Shown here: positions 9,878-19,435 of the stretch, piece by piece
How the letters are laid out: each line of letters opens with the position of its first letter
Numbering within the stretch: the stretch's first letter is position 1
Assembly: GCA_963769935.1 (NCBI GenBank)
Contig: CAVYNY010000003.1
Span: 32,001 to 96,000, forward strand
Origin: an uncultured delta proteobacterium
GTDB lineage: Bacteria; Desulfobacterota; Desulfobacteria; Desulfobacterales; JAFDCJ01
Direction: 5' to 3'
DNA length: 64,000 nt
Notes under the pieces: generated by a model
Database searches by the model: none
The model's input: the letters and a program-made list of their open reading frames with translations, nothing else
Told to the model about the DNA's origin: nothing
Made by a program: the position numbers and the translations under genes

Positions 9878-10667
9878 AATCGAATCGGCGTGGCAGCTCC
9901 GGCGTGCCCGGCCGACGGGGGCCTCAACCCGCCCCCCGAAACCGGTGGTGTTCGATCGCAGCCGGATGCTTGAATTCGCCGCCGGACTGCCGTCGAAAGC
10001 CTTCGGCACGCCATACGAATCATTTGACCGCCGGCGGTTTATTGCACGGCTGCCGCAACCGCCCTATCTGCTCATCGACCGGGTCGTCAAAGCCGAACCC
10101 GAAGCCTGGGTGCTGAAACCGGACGGTTGGATTGAAGCCGAAGCCGATGTTGTTCCGGATGCCTGGTATTTTAGAGCCGAAAGGACGCCGGCTGCGCCCA
10201 TCAGCATCCTGCTTGAAATGGCACTGCAGCCCTGTGGCTGGCTGGCTGCCTACATGGGATCGGCCTTGCGAAGTCAAAAGGATCTCAGATTTCGCAATCT
10301 GGGCGGCAGCGCCGTCCTGCACGACGAAGTGCGGCCGGATGCAGGAACCCTGACCATTAGGGCCCGTCTGACCAAGGCATCGGAAGCAGCCGATATGATC
10401 ATCGAGCACTTCGATTTCGAAGTTCAGCGGCAGGGTCAAAAAATATATACCGGCAATACCTACTTCGGATTTTTTACCCGGGAAGCCCTGGCACAACAGG
10501 AAGGCATCCGCAACGCTGCCGGGCAGGCCTACATGGCGGAATCTGATGACACCCGCAGCAGTGACAGGCAGGCTTTCATCGATTACGCCCCCCTTCTGCC
10601 GCAGGATCAGGCATCGGATGCCGCACCCGCGCTGGCAATGCCGGCCAAAGCCATTACGGATGATTGA
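9789..10667 (+). CDS. PUFA synthase fragment: FabA-like (pseudo)dehydratase domain
   Basis: ARLPQPPYLLIDRV, DAWYF, LEMALQPCGWLAAY, FRNLGG. Confidence 0.6.
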   Translation: MLMRTCMPTDTASCIFGTCRMQMSNITRDEIESAWQLRRARPTGASTRPPKPVVFDRSRMLEFAAGLPSKAFGTPYESFDRRRFIARLPQPPYLLIDRVVKAEPEAWVLKPDGWIEAEADVVPDAWYFRAERTPAAPISILLEMALQPCGWLAAYMGSALRSQKDLRFRNLGGSAVLHDEVRPDAGTLTIRARLTKASEAADMIIEHFDFEVQRQGQKIYTGNTYFGFFTREALAQQEGIRNAAGQAYMAESDDTRSSDRQAFIDYAPLLPQDQASDAAPALAMPAKAITDD

Positions 10668-11079
10668 CTGCATTGAGACATACCTGCCGGCCGGCGGACC
10701 CAAGGGACTGGGTCTAATCCGCGGGACCAAGGCGGTCGATCCACAGGAATGGTTTTTTAAGGCTCACTTTTATCAGGATCCGGTATGTCCCGGCTCGCTG
10801 GGCATCGAGTCTTTCATTCAGCTGCTGAAGTTCATCGCCCGCGAGCGCTGGCCGCAATTAATAGATACTCACCGTTTTGGACTGGTTGCAGGTGTCGAGC
10901 ATTCCTGGATATACCGCGGTCAGATTTTGCCGGCCAATCGGCTGATAACCGTCGAAGCCGAAATTACGCATATCCTGGATCCCCCTCATCCGTGCATGTT
11001 GGCGGACGGCTTCCTGAAGGTTGACGAATTGTATATCTATCAGATGAAAAATTTTGGTATTAAACTGCTTGAGATTTGA
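10546..11079 (+). CDS. PUFA synthase fragment: C-terminal FabA-like dehydratase domain
   Basis: VDPQEWFFKAHFYQDPVCPGSLGIE, YRGQI, ADGFLKVD. Confidence 0.6.
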   Translation: MTPAAVTGRLSSITPPFCRRIRHRMPHPRWQCRPKPLRMIDCIETYLPAGGPKGLGLIRGTKAVDPQEWFFKAHFYQDPVCPGSLGIESFIQLLKFIARERWPQLIDTHRFGLVAGVEHSWIYRGQILPANRLITVEAEITHILDPPHPCMLADGFLKVDELYIYQMKNFGIKLLEI

Positions 11080-11144
11080 GATTTTATAGCTAACTTGAAC
11101 CTTCTGATGCAATTATCAAGCAACTAAAAGAGAACTAATAAATA

Positions 11145-12185
11145 ATGATATATTCAAAAGTCTACCTCGATACCTTCGGATATGAGCTTCCGCCCCATGT
11201 GGTAACATCAGACGACCTGGAATTGCGTCTGCAGGCACTCTATGAGGCGCTCCACTTCCAGCGGGGCCAATTGGAGGCGATTACCGGCATTCGGGAACGC
11301 CGGTTCTGGGACCCGGATTACAAGATGCATGTCGGGGCGATCAAAGCCGGCCAAAAAGCCCTGGATGCATCCGGCATCACCACGGCGGATATCGGGATGC
11401 TGATTTATGGTGGCGTTTGCCGGGACAATCTGGAACCGGCCACGGCATGCGCAGTGGCCAACGGGTTGGGATTGGGAGCCGATGTCCAGATTTATGATGT
11501 CTCCAATGCCTGTCTGGGCGTCTTAAATGGAATGGTTCAGGTGGCCAATGCCATAGAATTGGGCCAGGTGCGGGCCGGCATGATCGTTTCATGTGAGTCG
11601 GCTCGCCAAATCATAGATATCACCATTGACCGGCTGACCGAAACCAAGGATATGGAAGTTTTCAAAAAAACCGTTGCGACATTGACCGGCGGTTCCGGTG
11701 CCGTGGCCGTAATTTTAACGAACCAATCACTGTCGGATTCCGGTCATCGCCTTCTGGGGGGCACTGCCAGGAGTGCAGCCGAACACCATCAACTCTGTGT
11801 ATGGGGGCCGGATACCGGTATTCCGGCCAGCGGTTTACACAAAATGGAAACCGACTCCGTCCGGGTTCTCCAAAATGGCGTGGTTCTGGGCATTGATACC
11901 TTCAAAGCCCTGCGCCGGGAACTCTCCTGGTCCAATGACAAACCGGATAAAATTATCTGTCATCAGGTGGGCGCCACCCACCAGCGCAACATTTTGGATG
12001 CAATCGGCATTAATCAATCCCAAGACTTCACTACCTTTAAGTTCCTGGGCAATATCGGCACGGTTTCGCTGCCGCTCACAGCCGCCATAGCCTCGGAGAG
12101 AGAATTTCTACGACCGGGAGATCTCGTCGGCTTTCTGGGGATCGGAAGTGGATTGAATTGCCTGATGATAGGTCTGGAGTGGTAA
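11145..12185 (+). CDS. oleA: OleA acyl-CoA condensing enzyme (FabH/thiolase fold)
   Basis: VCRDNLEPATA (catalytic Glu), DVSNACLG (Cys), HQVG (His), GNIG; first gene of the four-gene ole order. Confidence 0.9.
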   Translation: MIYSKVYLDTFGYELPPHVVTSDDLELRLQALYEALHFQRGQLEAITGIRERRFWDPDYKMHVGAIKAGQKALDASGITTADIGMLIYGGVCRDNLEPATACAVANGLGLGADVQIYDVSNACLGVLNGMVQVANAIELGQVRAGMIVSCESARQIIDITIDRLTETKDMEVFKKTVATLTGGSGAVAVILTNQSLSDSGHRLLGGTARSAAEHHQLCVWGPDTGIPASGLHKMETDSVRVLQNGVVLGIDTFKALRRELSWSNDKPDKIICHQVGATHQRNILDAIGINQSQDFTTFKFLGNIGTVSLPLTAAIASEREFLRPGDLVGFLGIGSGLNCLMIGLEW

Positions 12186-12320
12186 GGGATGACAGATGAC
12201 AGAGAGCAGAAGGCGAAGTGACAAAAGGAAATCTCGATTACAAATAACTGGACACATCAGCAGGCAGCTACACCCGAAACCTGAAACCTTTTAAACGAAC
12301 TTAACGATTCAAACGAAGAA

Positions 12321-13229
12321 ATGAGAAATACACCCGTCGATATCTCAGGCGTGAGACACCTTTACCCGTTTGATGCCCATTACCTGGATATCAACGGCCT
12401 CAAGTATCATTATGTTGATGAAGGCCGCGGTGATCCGATCGTGATGGTCCATGGCAATCCGACCTGGTCTTTTTACTTTCGGGAGCTGATAAAAGCCCTG
12501 AGCAGCCACGGCCGCACCATTGTGCCGGATCACATCGGCTGCGGCCTGTCGGCCAAGCCCGACACCAGTTCCTATGGTTTTGGACTTAAAAACCGGGTCG
12601 ATGACCTGGACCGTCTTTTAGATCAGCTGGGTGTAAGAAAGGACATCACCCTCATCCTGCATGACTGGGGAGGCATGATCGGAATGGCCTATGCCGTCAA
12701 GCATCCCGAACGGGTTCGCCGACTGGTCGTCATGAATACCTATGCCTTTCTGCCGCCCGTTGAGTATCGTATTCCATGGGCGACCTATTTTATCCGACAT
12801 GCCGGCCCGCTGGCCTCTCTGGCAGTTTTGGGCTTGAATCTTTTCACCGTCGCGGCGCTGCACCTGAACTCCAGGCAAGGGTTGGCCCGCGATGTCAAAA
12901 ACGGCCTGACCGCCCCTTATAATTGCTGGAACCATCGCATCGCCGTACTGCGATTCGTGCAGGACATCCCGCTGAACCGCAAAGATCCGAGTTATCAATT
13001 AGCTAAAAGTGTTGACGACAATCTGAAGCTATTTTCGGATACGCCGATTCTTGTCTGCTGGGGCGAGCACGATTTTGTCTTTAATCATCAATTTTTAAAG
13101 GAATGGCAAAACCGTTTTCCCCAAGCCCGGGTTTATCGCTTTTCGGATGCGGGTCACTATGTACTGGAGGATGTGCCGGAAAAAATTGTACCTCTAGTCC
13201 GGGATTTCTTGCAAAAACATCCGCTGTAA
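12321..13229 (+). CDS. oleB: OleB beta-lactone decarboxylase (haloalkane dehalogenase-like alpha/beta hydrolase)
   Basis: HGNPTWS, LHDWGG nucleophile elbow, AGHYVLED; lies between oleA and oleC. Confidence 0.88.
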   Translation: MRNTPVDISGVRHLYPFDAHYLDINGLKYHYVDEGRGDPIVMVHGNPTWSFYFRELIKALSSHGRTIVPDHIGCGLSAKPDTSSYGFGLKNRVDDLDRLLDQLGVRKDITLILHDWGGMIGMAYAVKHPERVRRLVVMNTYAFLPPVEYRIPWATYFIRHAGPLASLAVLGLNLFTVAALHLNSRQGLARDVKNGLTAPYNCWNHRIAVLRFVQDIPLNRKDPSYQLAKSVDDNLKLFSDTPILVCWGEHDFVFNHQFLKEWQNRFPQARVYRFSDAGHYVLEDVPEKIVPLVRDFLQKHPL

Positions 13230-13249
13230 ATTAAGGTCCAAGAATTAAT

Positions 13250-14923
13250 ATGAATGATGTAAAAGCTCATGCCAGCGATGTCGTCAATATTTCAGCGTAT
13301 CTGACCAGGATGGCCCAAACTGAACCGTATAAGCGCGCCGTCGTCTGTCCGGCAGGCCGCGATCGGAATCAGCGGGTTGCTTATTCGCATCTGACGTTTG
13401 TGCAGCTGGAACATGAAGTGGATCGATTGGCCTACGGATTGCAGGCTGCCGGCATCAGGCGCAACACTCGAACCGTCTTAATGGTCAAACCCGGCCTCGA
13501 ATTTTTTGCGCTGATTTTTGCGGTATTTAAAACCGGAGCCGTGCCCGTGGTTGTGGATCCCGGAATGGGGATTCGACGAATGTTGAGTTGCTACCGGTCC
13601 ACCCGCCCGCAGGCATTTATCGGCATTCCTTTGGCCCATATGGTGCGAACCCTTTATCCTAAATTTTTTCATACCGTAAAGGTCTGGATAACCGTCGGCC
13701 GGCGCTGGTTCTGGGGCGGTCTGACGCTGAATCAAATTCGCCGCAACGCCTGGCAGCCCTTTCCCCCTGCCGAAACCCGCCGCGACGACATGGCGGCGAT
13801 TCTTTTTACCACCGGCAGTACCGGACCGGCCAAAGGTGCGGTTTACAATCACGGTACCTTTGATGCCCAGCTGCAGCAAATCAAAACCCATTTAAACATG
13901 GCTCCCCATGAAATTGATCTGTCGACCTTCCCTCTTTTTGCCCTGTTTTACCCGGCCTTAGGCGTCACGGCGGTAATTCCGGACATGGATCCCACGCGGC
14001 CGGCCCTGGTAAATCCGGAGCGCATCATCGAGGCCGTCAACAATCAAGGCGTCACCAACATGTTTGCCTCACCGGCCCTTTTGAATCGCGTCGGCGCTTA
14101 CGGAAAGCAAAACGGCGTCAAACTGCCGTCTTTAAAAAGAGTCATTTCTGCCGGGGCGCCCGTATCGGCCGACAATATAGAGCAATTCCGCGCATTGCTG
14201 GGCAAAGCGGCCGAAATTCATACACCGTACGGGGCGACCGAAGCCGTGCCCATCATATCCATCACAAGCAGCGAAATTCTTTCGGAAACCCGGGATCTCA
14301 GCCAAAAGGGATACGGAATCTGTATCGGTCGCCCCATCAACGACATCGATATTAGAATCATAAAAATCAGTGATGATCCCATTGAAACCTGGTCGGACGA
14401 TCTCAGGCTGCCGCAAGGGGAAGTCGGCGAGATCACCGTCAAAGGTGCCCTGGTCAGCCGAGAGTATTTTGAAGATCCCCGGTCGACGGCCCTGGCCAAG
14501 ATAAAAGAAAACGGTGAAATCATCCATCGCATGGGAGACCTTGGCTGGCTGGATGACAAGGGCCGTATCTGGTTTTGCGGGCGCAAGAGCCACCGGGTTG
14601 TCACAGAAAGTGAAACGCTTTACACCATTCCCTGCGAAGCCATATTCAATAATCACCCCCGGGTATTTCGCAGTGCTCTGGTGGGAGTCGGCCCCCGGTT
14701 TCTACAGCGACCGGTTATCTGTATTGAGCTGCACAAGGCAGATGCCGGCCGAAACAAAAAATATTTGAAAGTAGAACTGCTGGAATTGGCGGCAGCTCAT
14801 CAATTGATCAAAAGCATTCGGACCGTGTTGTTTCACCGGTCATTTCCGGTAGACATTCGCCACAACTCAAAAATTTTCAGAGAAAAATTAGCTGTCTGGG
14901 CACAGCAAAAACTGAAAAAATGA
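13250..14923 (+). CDS. oleC: OleC beta-lactone synthetase (AMP-dependent ligase family)
   Basis: FTTGSTGPAKG, PYGATEA, HRMGD, and the Ole-type C-terminal FPVDIRHNSKI motif. Confidence 0.9.
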   Translation: MNDVKAHASDVVNISAYLTRMAQTEPYKRAVVCPAGRDRNQRVAYSHLTFVQLEHEVDRLAYGLQAAGIRRNTRTVLMVKPGLEFFALIFAVFKTGAVPVVVDPGMGIRRMLSCYRSTRPQAFIGIPLAHMVRTLYPKFFHTVKVWITVGRRWFWGGLTLNQIRRNAWQPFPPAETRRDDMAAILFTTGSTGPAKGAVYNHGTFDAQLQQIKTHLNMAPHEIDLSTFPLFALFYPALGVTAVIPDMDPTRPALVNPERIIEAVNNQGVTNMFASPALLNRVGAYGKQNGVKLPSLKRVISAGAPVSADNIEQFRALLGKAAEIHTPYGATEAVPIISITSSEILSETRDLSQKGYGICIGRPINDIDIRIIKISDDPIETWSDDLRLPQGEVGEITVKGALVSREYFEDPRSTALAKIKENGEIIHRMGDLGWLDDKGRIWFCGRKSHRVVTESETLYTIPCEAIFNNHPRVFRSALVGVGPRFLQRPVICIELHKADAGRNKKYLKVELLELAAAHQLIKSIRTVLFHRSFPVDIRHNSKIFREKLAVWAQQKLKK

Positions 14924-15957
14924 ATGCAACACCATTAAATAACCACCAATCGGAAAGCGTCCTGGTTACCGGCGGCGGCGGGTTTTTGGGCGGTGCCATT
15001 GTCAGGCGTCTGGTAGACCGAGGCGATCAGGTCAGGAGTCTGGCGCGAAATCTGCATCCTGCGCTTGAGGCCATGGCGGTTGAACAGATTCAGGGCAATA
15101 TTGCCGATCCGGCAACGGTTGACAACGCCTGCCGGGGCGCCGAGGTCGTTTTTCATGTTGCGGCCAAGCCTCCTCCCTGGGGAGCATACAACGATTATTA
15201 TCAAACCAATGTTGTCGGCACCCGCAATGTTATCGATGCCTGTCTTCACCGGTCGGTTTCAAGGCTGATCTACACCAGTACTCCCAGTGTGATATTCAAC
15301 GGCGGCCATCTGGAAGGCGTTGACGAATCATTTCCCTATCCTGCCAGATACAAGGCCTATTACCCTGCGACCAAAGCCATGGCAGAACGTCTCGTTGTCA
15401 AAGCCGCCGATCAGGGGCTCAACACCATCGTCCTGAGACCCCATGAAATTTGGGGACCGGGCGACCCCCATTTCGTGCCGCGTCTGCTGGCCCGAGCCGA
15501 CAGGTTGAAACAAATCGGAGACGGCAAAAATCTTGTTGATACAACCTACATCGACAACGCAGCGGATGCGCATATCCTGGCTGCTGATAAATTAAAAGAC
15601 AACCCCCGGTTATCAGGCAAGATTTATTTCATCAGCCAAGACGAGCCGATGCCCGCCTGGGACATGATCAACGCGGTCTTAAAGTCAGCCGGATACGGAC
15701 CGGTCAAAGGCAAAGTGTCGTTCCGGGCGGCCTGGCTCATCGGTGCGGTTCTGGAATTCTTCTATAAAACATTTCGCATTTCCGGTGAACCCCAAATGAC
15801 CCGTTTTCTGGCTGAAGCTGTTGCAACTTCCCACTGGTTTAACATCAATGCCGCCAAAAAAGATCTCGGATATCAGCCGCAGGTGTCTACCCGGCAGGGA
15901 TTGGAAAGACTTGCCGAATGGTTGAAAAAAAATACTTCAAAAGGAGTTTCTGGATGA
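14920..15957 (+). CDS. oleD: OleD 2-alkyl-3-oxoalkanoate reductase (3-beta-HSD-like SDR)
   Basis: TGGGGFLG, YPATKA, LRPHEIWGPGD; ATGA overlap with oleC. Confidence 0.88.
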   Translation: MNATPLNNHQSESVLVTGGGGFLGGAIVRRLVDRGDQVRSLARNLHPALEAMAVEQIQGNIADPATVDNACRGAEVVFHVAAKPPPWGAYNDYYQTNVVGTRNVIDACLHRSVSRLIYTSTPSVIFNGGHLEGVDESFPYPARYKAYYPATKAMAERLVVKAADQGLNTIVLRPHEIWGPGDPHFVPRLLARADRLKQIGDGKNLVDTTYIDNAADAHILAADKLKDNPRLSGKIYFISQDEPMPAWDMINAVLKSAGYGPVKGKVSFRAAWLIGAVLEFFYKTFRISGEPQMTRFLAEAVATSHWFNINAAKKDLGYQPQVSTRQGLERLAEWLKKNTSKGVSG

Positions 15958-16457
15958 AATTAGAAGATGTTGCTCCGCTGGAAAAATGGATCGATCTTGA
16001 AGTGAACATCCACCGGCAGACCGGCTTGGACGTCAATGTATTTAATGTTGAGGGGTATCGAATAACCGAATTTAAAAATTGGGCCAATAATCTGTGCCCG
16101 GAAATCAAGGCCACCGACAAAGGGCAGAGTTTTATCTGTGCGCCGGCCCACATGAATATTGCCGCCGCGGCCATGCGCTCCAAAAAACCGGTCATCGAGG
16201 AATGTGATGCCGGACTCATTAAGATGGTGGTGCCCATTTTCGTCAAAGATGTATTCATCGGCGCGGTGGGCGCCTGCGGGTTTTTGCTGGATAAAGGCGA
16301 GGTCGACAGCTTCCTGGTTTACAAAATGACGGATATCGATGAAGCAAAAGTCGAAAATTTATCTAAAGGAATTCCGGCCATTACTTCCGCCAGAGCGGAA
16401 TCACTGGGCAAATATATTACGGCGCAGATTGATGAAATCATCGGGCAGGTTAAATAG
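15954..16457 (+). CDS. Stand-alone PocR ligand-binding domain protein
   Basis: Three spaced Cys (NNLCPEIK, FICAPAH, EECDAGL) followed by VVPIFV, typical of PocR. AAGGAG RBS and ATGA overlap with oleD. Confidence 0.8.
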   Translation: MKLEDVAPLEKWIDLEVNIHRQTGLDVNVFNVEGYRITEFKNWANNLCPEIKATDKGQSFICAPAHMNIAAAAMRSKKPVIEECDAGLIKMVVPIFVKDVFIGAVGACGFLLDKGEVDSFLVYKMTDIDEAKVENLSKGIPAITSARAESLGKYITAQIDEIIGQVK

Positions 16458-16486
16458 GCTCATACCTGAACTCTGAAATTCGTATC

Positions 16487-16681
16487 CTACTGCGCAACCG
16501 AATTTTCGGCATATTTGGTGTCGCGCAGATACCGTTTCAGAATAATATTGCCGAGCAGGGTTCCCTTCTTGTAGCCCTTGACAAACTCAGTGACCACCGC
16601 CTTGAGTTTTGGGCTGTCCTTGCGAAAAGCCCAGGCGATCTCACCGCCGGTTCTCACGGCGATGTTCGGATGAACTAAGAT
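16487..16681 (-). pseudogene. Internal remnant of an MltF-like (substrate-binding + lytic transglycosylase) gene
   Basis: Manual translation ILVHPNIAVRTGGEIAWAFRKDSPKLKAVVTEFVKGYKKGTLLGNIILKRYLRDTKYAENSVAQ*. No start codon; resembles the SBP-to-SLT junction of MltF-type proteins. Confidence 0.6.
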
Positions 16682-16768
16682 TTGAGAATGTCCACTTAAA
16701 ATCCAATCAGGTCAGGTAAAGCAGACTTTAACCCTACCCTGCCGATCCCCTCTCCCTGGCATTTCTAT

Positions 16769-16797
16769 GTAGACCAATTTTATGACTGGCGCGTCTA
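16769..16797 (+). promoter_or_regulatory. Putative ECF sigma promoter, class A (GTAGAC-N17-CGTCTA)
   Basis: Same spacing and boxes as the copies at 26338 and 32573; upstream of the ECF sigma gene. Confidence 0.55.
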
Positions 16798-16955
16798 TAA
16801 GGTAAAAATCCGAAATTCATGCAAGCGGTCGATTTGGTAAGATTTTTTAGTTTGAAGGCGGATGGAAATCTGATGGTGGTTAAGTAAACATGGACAATTC
16901 AGATGCGGACCGGATATCATGAGTTTCAAATTGATGCAAAAAGTGTTGCCGCACA

Positions 16956-17606
16956 ATGTACAAACGTGATTTCCAAGCTCCTGAAATGGCTCCATCAGAT
17001 AAAACCACCACGACCTCTGAAACCTCCGACCAGCTGTTCTTGCTTGTTGAACAGGCTAAGGCAGGGAACCGCTCGGCCTTCGCCCAGCTGGCCGACCGAT
17101 TTCATGAAGATATTTATCGCATGGTTTACTACCGCATCAGATCCCGTCCCGATGCTGAGGATATTACCCAGGATGTGTTTTTAAAGATATTTCAAAAAAT
17201 ATCCGGCATCAAAGAGACGGCCAAGTTTCGCGGTTGGCTTTTTAGCATCACGCTGAACCGAATTCGGGATTTTCAGCGCAAAAAACGATTCCGGTCATTA
17301 TTCAAGGCCGAGGATGAAAGTATAGAGTCGCACGCGCCCGAACAAAGCGACCAAGATCAGCCTGATGCGCTGGACCATGTTTTAAAAAAGGATTTTTGGC
17401 GACAAATCGGTTTGATCCTGAACAAACTGTCAAAAATGGAAAAAGAAGTCTTTTTGCTGAGGTTTTTTGATCATCTCAGTTTAACTGAAATCGCGGGCGT
17501 CTTAAAAAAAAACGAAAGCACGGTCAAAACCCATCTGTATCGCGCGCTCGCCAAATTTAAAAGTGAACCCGCAATGCGACGCCTTCTCAATGAGGTTAAC
17601 AAGTGA
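16956..17606 (+). CDS. ECF RNA polymerase sigma factor
   Basis: Region 2 DAEDITQDVFLK...FRGWLFSITLN and region 4 LSLTEIAGVLKKNESTVKTHLYRA. Confidence 0.93.
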   Translation: MYKRDFQAPEMAPSDKTTTTSETSDQLFLLVEQAKAGNRSAFAQLADRFHEDIYRMVYYRIRSRPDAEDITQDVFLKIFQKISGIKETAKFRGWLFSITLNRIRDFQRKKRFRSLFKAEDESIESHAPEQSDQDQPDALDHVLKKDFWRQIGLILNKLSKMEKEVFLLRFFDHLSLTEIAGVLKKNESTVKTHLYRALAKFKSEPAMRRLLNEVNK

Positions 17607-18157
17607 ACTCAAATGACAACCACCATTTGGACGAGAATCAATTTATTAAAGCGGTAGTGGATGCATCCGACCTGCCGGAGGCCGTGCAGGCGCATTTGTT
17701 CACCTGCACTCAATGCCGGAACAGAAGGCAAAACTTTGAGCGGGAATTGACCAGTTTAGGCCAAATTGCCGGGCTGTCGGTACCGAAACCGCAAAGACGG
17801 ATCATTTTGCCGGCGCAAAAGTCCACAATCAGATTCTCAAGTTTCTTGGATTGGCGCAGCGTTATTGTGGCAGCGGCGACGGTTGCCGCTGTATTTATGG
17901 TTGTGTGGGGCACCAACATGGCACGCAATTTTTCCGAGCACCGAACCGAAAACCTGACAGCGGAAATACGGGATGCCAATCGACCCATGAGCGAAGTCAA
18001 CTCGCTTGTTGAAAATGCGCTGCCCCCATTTTATTTAGAAATCGCAGATGAACCAAAACCAGATTACGATGAAGAGTTTTATCAATTTTTGATTCCGCCT
18101 GTTGAAGATAAAACCGTAACCTCTGAGCAAGGGAATCGAGGAACTTCATTATGCTAA
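17603..18157 (+). CDS. Zinc-binding anti-sigma factor (ZAS-like) with one TM helix
   Basis: HLFTCTQC (HxxxCxxC), TM VIVAAATVAAVFMVVW; GTGA overlap with the sigma gene. Confidence 0.8.
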   Translation: MNSNDNHHLDENQFIKAVVDASDLPEAVQAHLFTCTQCRNRRQNFERELTSLGQIAGLSVPKPQRRIILPAQKSTIRFSSFLDWRSVIVAAATVAAVFMVVWGTNMARNFSEHRTENLTAEIRDANRPMSEVNSLVENALPPFYLEIADEPKPDYDEEFYQFLIPPVEDKTVTSEQGNRGTSLC

Positions 18158-18558
18158 GAAAGATATTCAGTGTCATCTTGCCGGTCATTTTTCTGGTTGC
18201 TCCATTGATTGCCGCGGCTCAGCACGGTCCAAGAGGCAAATGGTGGCATAACCCCCAGATTCAAAAGAATTTGAATTTGAACGAAAATGAAATCGGCAAA
18301 TTGGACCAGCTTTTTGCCAACATCCGCCCCAACCTGATCAAGCTTAAAACGGATGTCGAGCGCGAGCAATTTGAACTGGATCAACTCCTGAGCAAAAAAA
18401 AGGTCGACGATGCTGATGTTAAAAAGCAGTTCCAAAAACTGGAGCAAGCCCGTAAAAATCTTTCCAACGCACGCCTTGACTTTGTGATCGGCGTTCGCAA
18501 CATACTCGGTGCCGATCGCTTCCAGCAGCTCAAGTCCAACTTTCAGAAGTGGCAGTAG
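18151..18558 (+). CDS. Spy/CpxP/ZraP-like periplasmic protein
   Basis: Signal peptide, GKWW...LNLNENEI and terminal NILGADRFQQL (LTxxQ-like motifs); helical. Confidence 0.8.
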   Translation: MLRKIFSVILPVIFLVAPLIAAAQHGPRGKWWHNPQIQKNLNLNENEIGKLDQLFANIRPNLIKLKTDVEREQFELDQLLSKKKVDDADVKKQFQKLEQARKNLSNARLDFVIGVRNILGADRFQQLKSNFQKWQ

Positions 18559-18616
18559 AAAAAATTTTTCGCAACTCGGCCGGTAAGGACTTTTTTCTCC
18601 GTGGCACGGCAAAATT

Positions 18617-19366
18617 ATGGATCCGGCAGCAATTCTCGCTTCACGCGACATCCTGCAAAAAATAGAAACCGTTTGCAGTCGACAGTTCTCTGCTGAAAAC
18701 GACCGGGATGAGTGTTACATCTTCGTGCTTGACAGCCTCAAGGCCGACGATTTTAAGCGGCTGCGGGCCTTTAAAGGCAAAAGCAAATTATCCACCTATC
18801 TGTATTCTCTGATCAACTCCCTGGTTATTGATTTCAGACGCAAAAAATACGGCCGCCGGCGTGTCCCGGCCGCCGTGTTAAAACTCGGCAAGTGGGCTGA
18901 GGCAGTCTACCGGCTGGTGTGCTGGCAAAAGTTTTCCTTTGATGACGCCTATGATTTTCTGCGGGTTGACGGCCTGTATGACGGCAACTATGATCAGTTC
19001 ATACAGGAGATCGAGGCGATCCGGAATGCACCCTGCCGGGAAAATCCGACTTTTAAATCGATCGATGAACCAGACAGAAATTCGGTCCAGCATATGGAAG
19101 CTTCAGGCGCCGATCCGCTGGAGGACCTGATACAAGCGCTTGACAGGGAAAAAAGAATCACAGCCCTCAGGGTTATTCGCGCAACAACGGAGGCACTGCC
19201 GGAGCCCGATCAGATTCTGGTCAGGCTGGTGTTCGGCTCGGGGCAGCCGCTAAGTGCGGCTGCCAAAATCATCAACCTTTCTGCATCCGCAGCCCGCAAA
19301 CGGCTGCAGACTCTTTTATTAAAATACAGAGAAAGTTTGCTGGCCATTGGTATCCGCGAGCCGTAA
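18617..19366 (+). CDS. Atypical ECF-like sigma-70 family factor
   Basis: FKGKSKLSTYLYSLINSLVIDFRR (region 2) and LSAAAKIINLSASAARKRL (region 4 HTH), with a long insert between them. Confidence 0.75.
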   Translation: MDPAAILASRDILQKIETVCSRQFSAENDRDECYIFVLDSLKADDFKRLRAFKGKSKLSTYLYSLINSLVIDFRRKKYGRRRVPAAVLKLGKWAEAVYRLVCWQKFSFDDAYDFLRVDGLYDGNYDQFIQEIEAIRNAPCRENPTFKSIDEPDRNSVQHMEASGADPLEDLIQALDREKRITALRVIRATTEALPEPDQILVRLVFGSGQPLSAAAKIINLSASAARKRLQTLLLKYRESLLAIGIREP

Positions 19367-19379
19367 AATGTCCGTCTAA
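19350..19379 (+). promoter_or_regulatory. Putative ECF promoter, class B (GTATCC-N17-CGTCTAA)
   Basis: Shares atccgc...tgtccgtctaa with 20225-20253; overlaps the 3' end of the second sigma gene. Confidence 0.5.
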
Positions 19380-19435
19380 TTACTCTGCCTGATTATATTT
19401 TACTAGGTATGTTTAACAATTGAATAGAGGCAAAA

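Larger units (their letters stand above)
3839..11079 (+). pseudogene. PfaBC-like multidomain PUFA/PKS synthase (KS-CLF-AT-four FabA-like DH domains), frameshifted as sequenced
   Basis: Consecutive fragments join into one protein: DAACASS KS active site (about 4422-4442), HGAGT, CLF, GYSLG AT site, and FabA DH motifs CHFVDDMVMPGT and AHFYQDPVCPGS. About 10 small indels; may be intact in vivo. Confidence 0.85.

Noticed and set aside
16795..17184. Short ORFs overlapping the ECF sigma start
   Set aside because: Shadow frames with no motifs.
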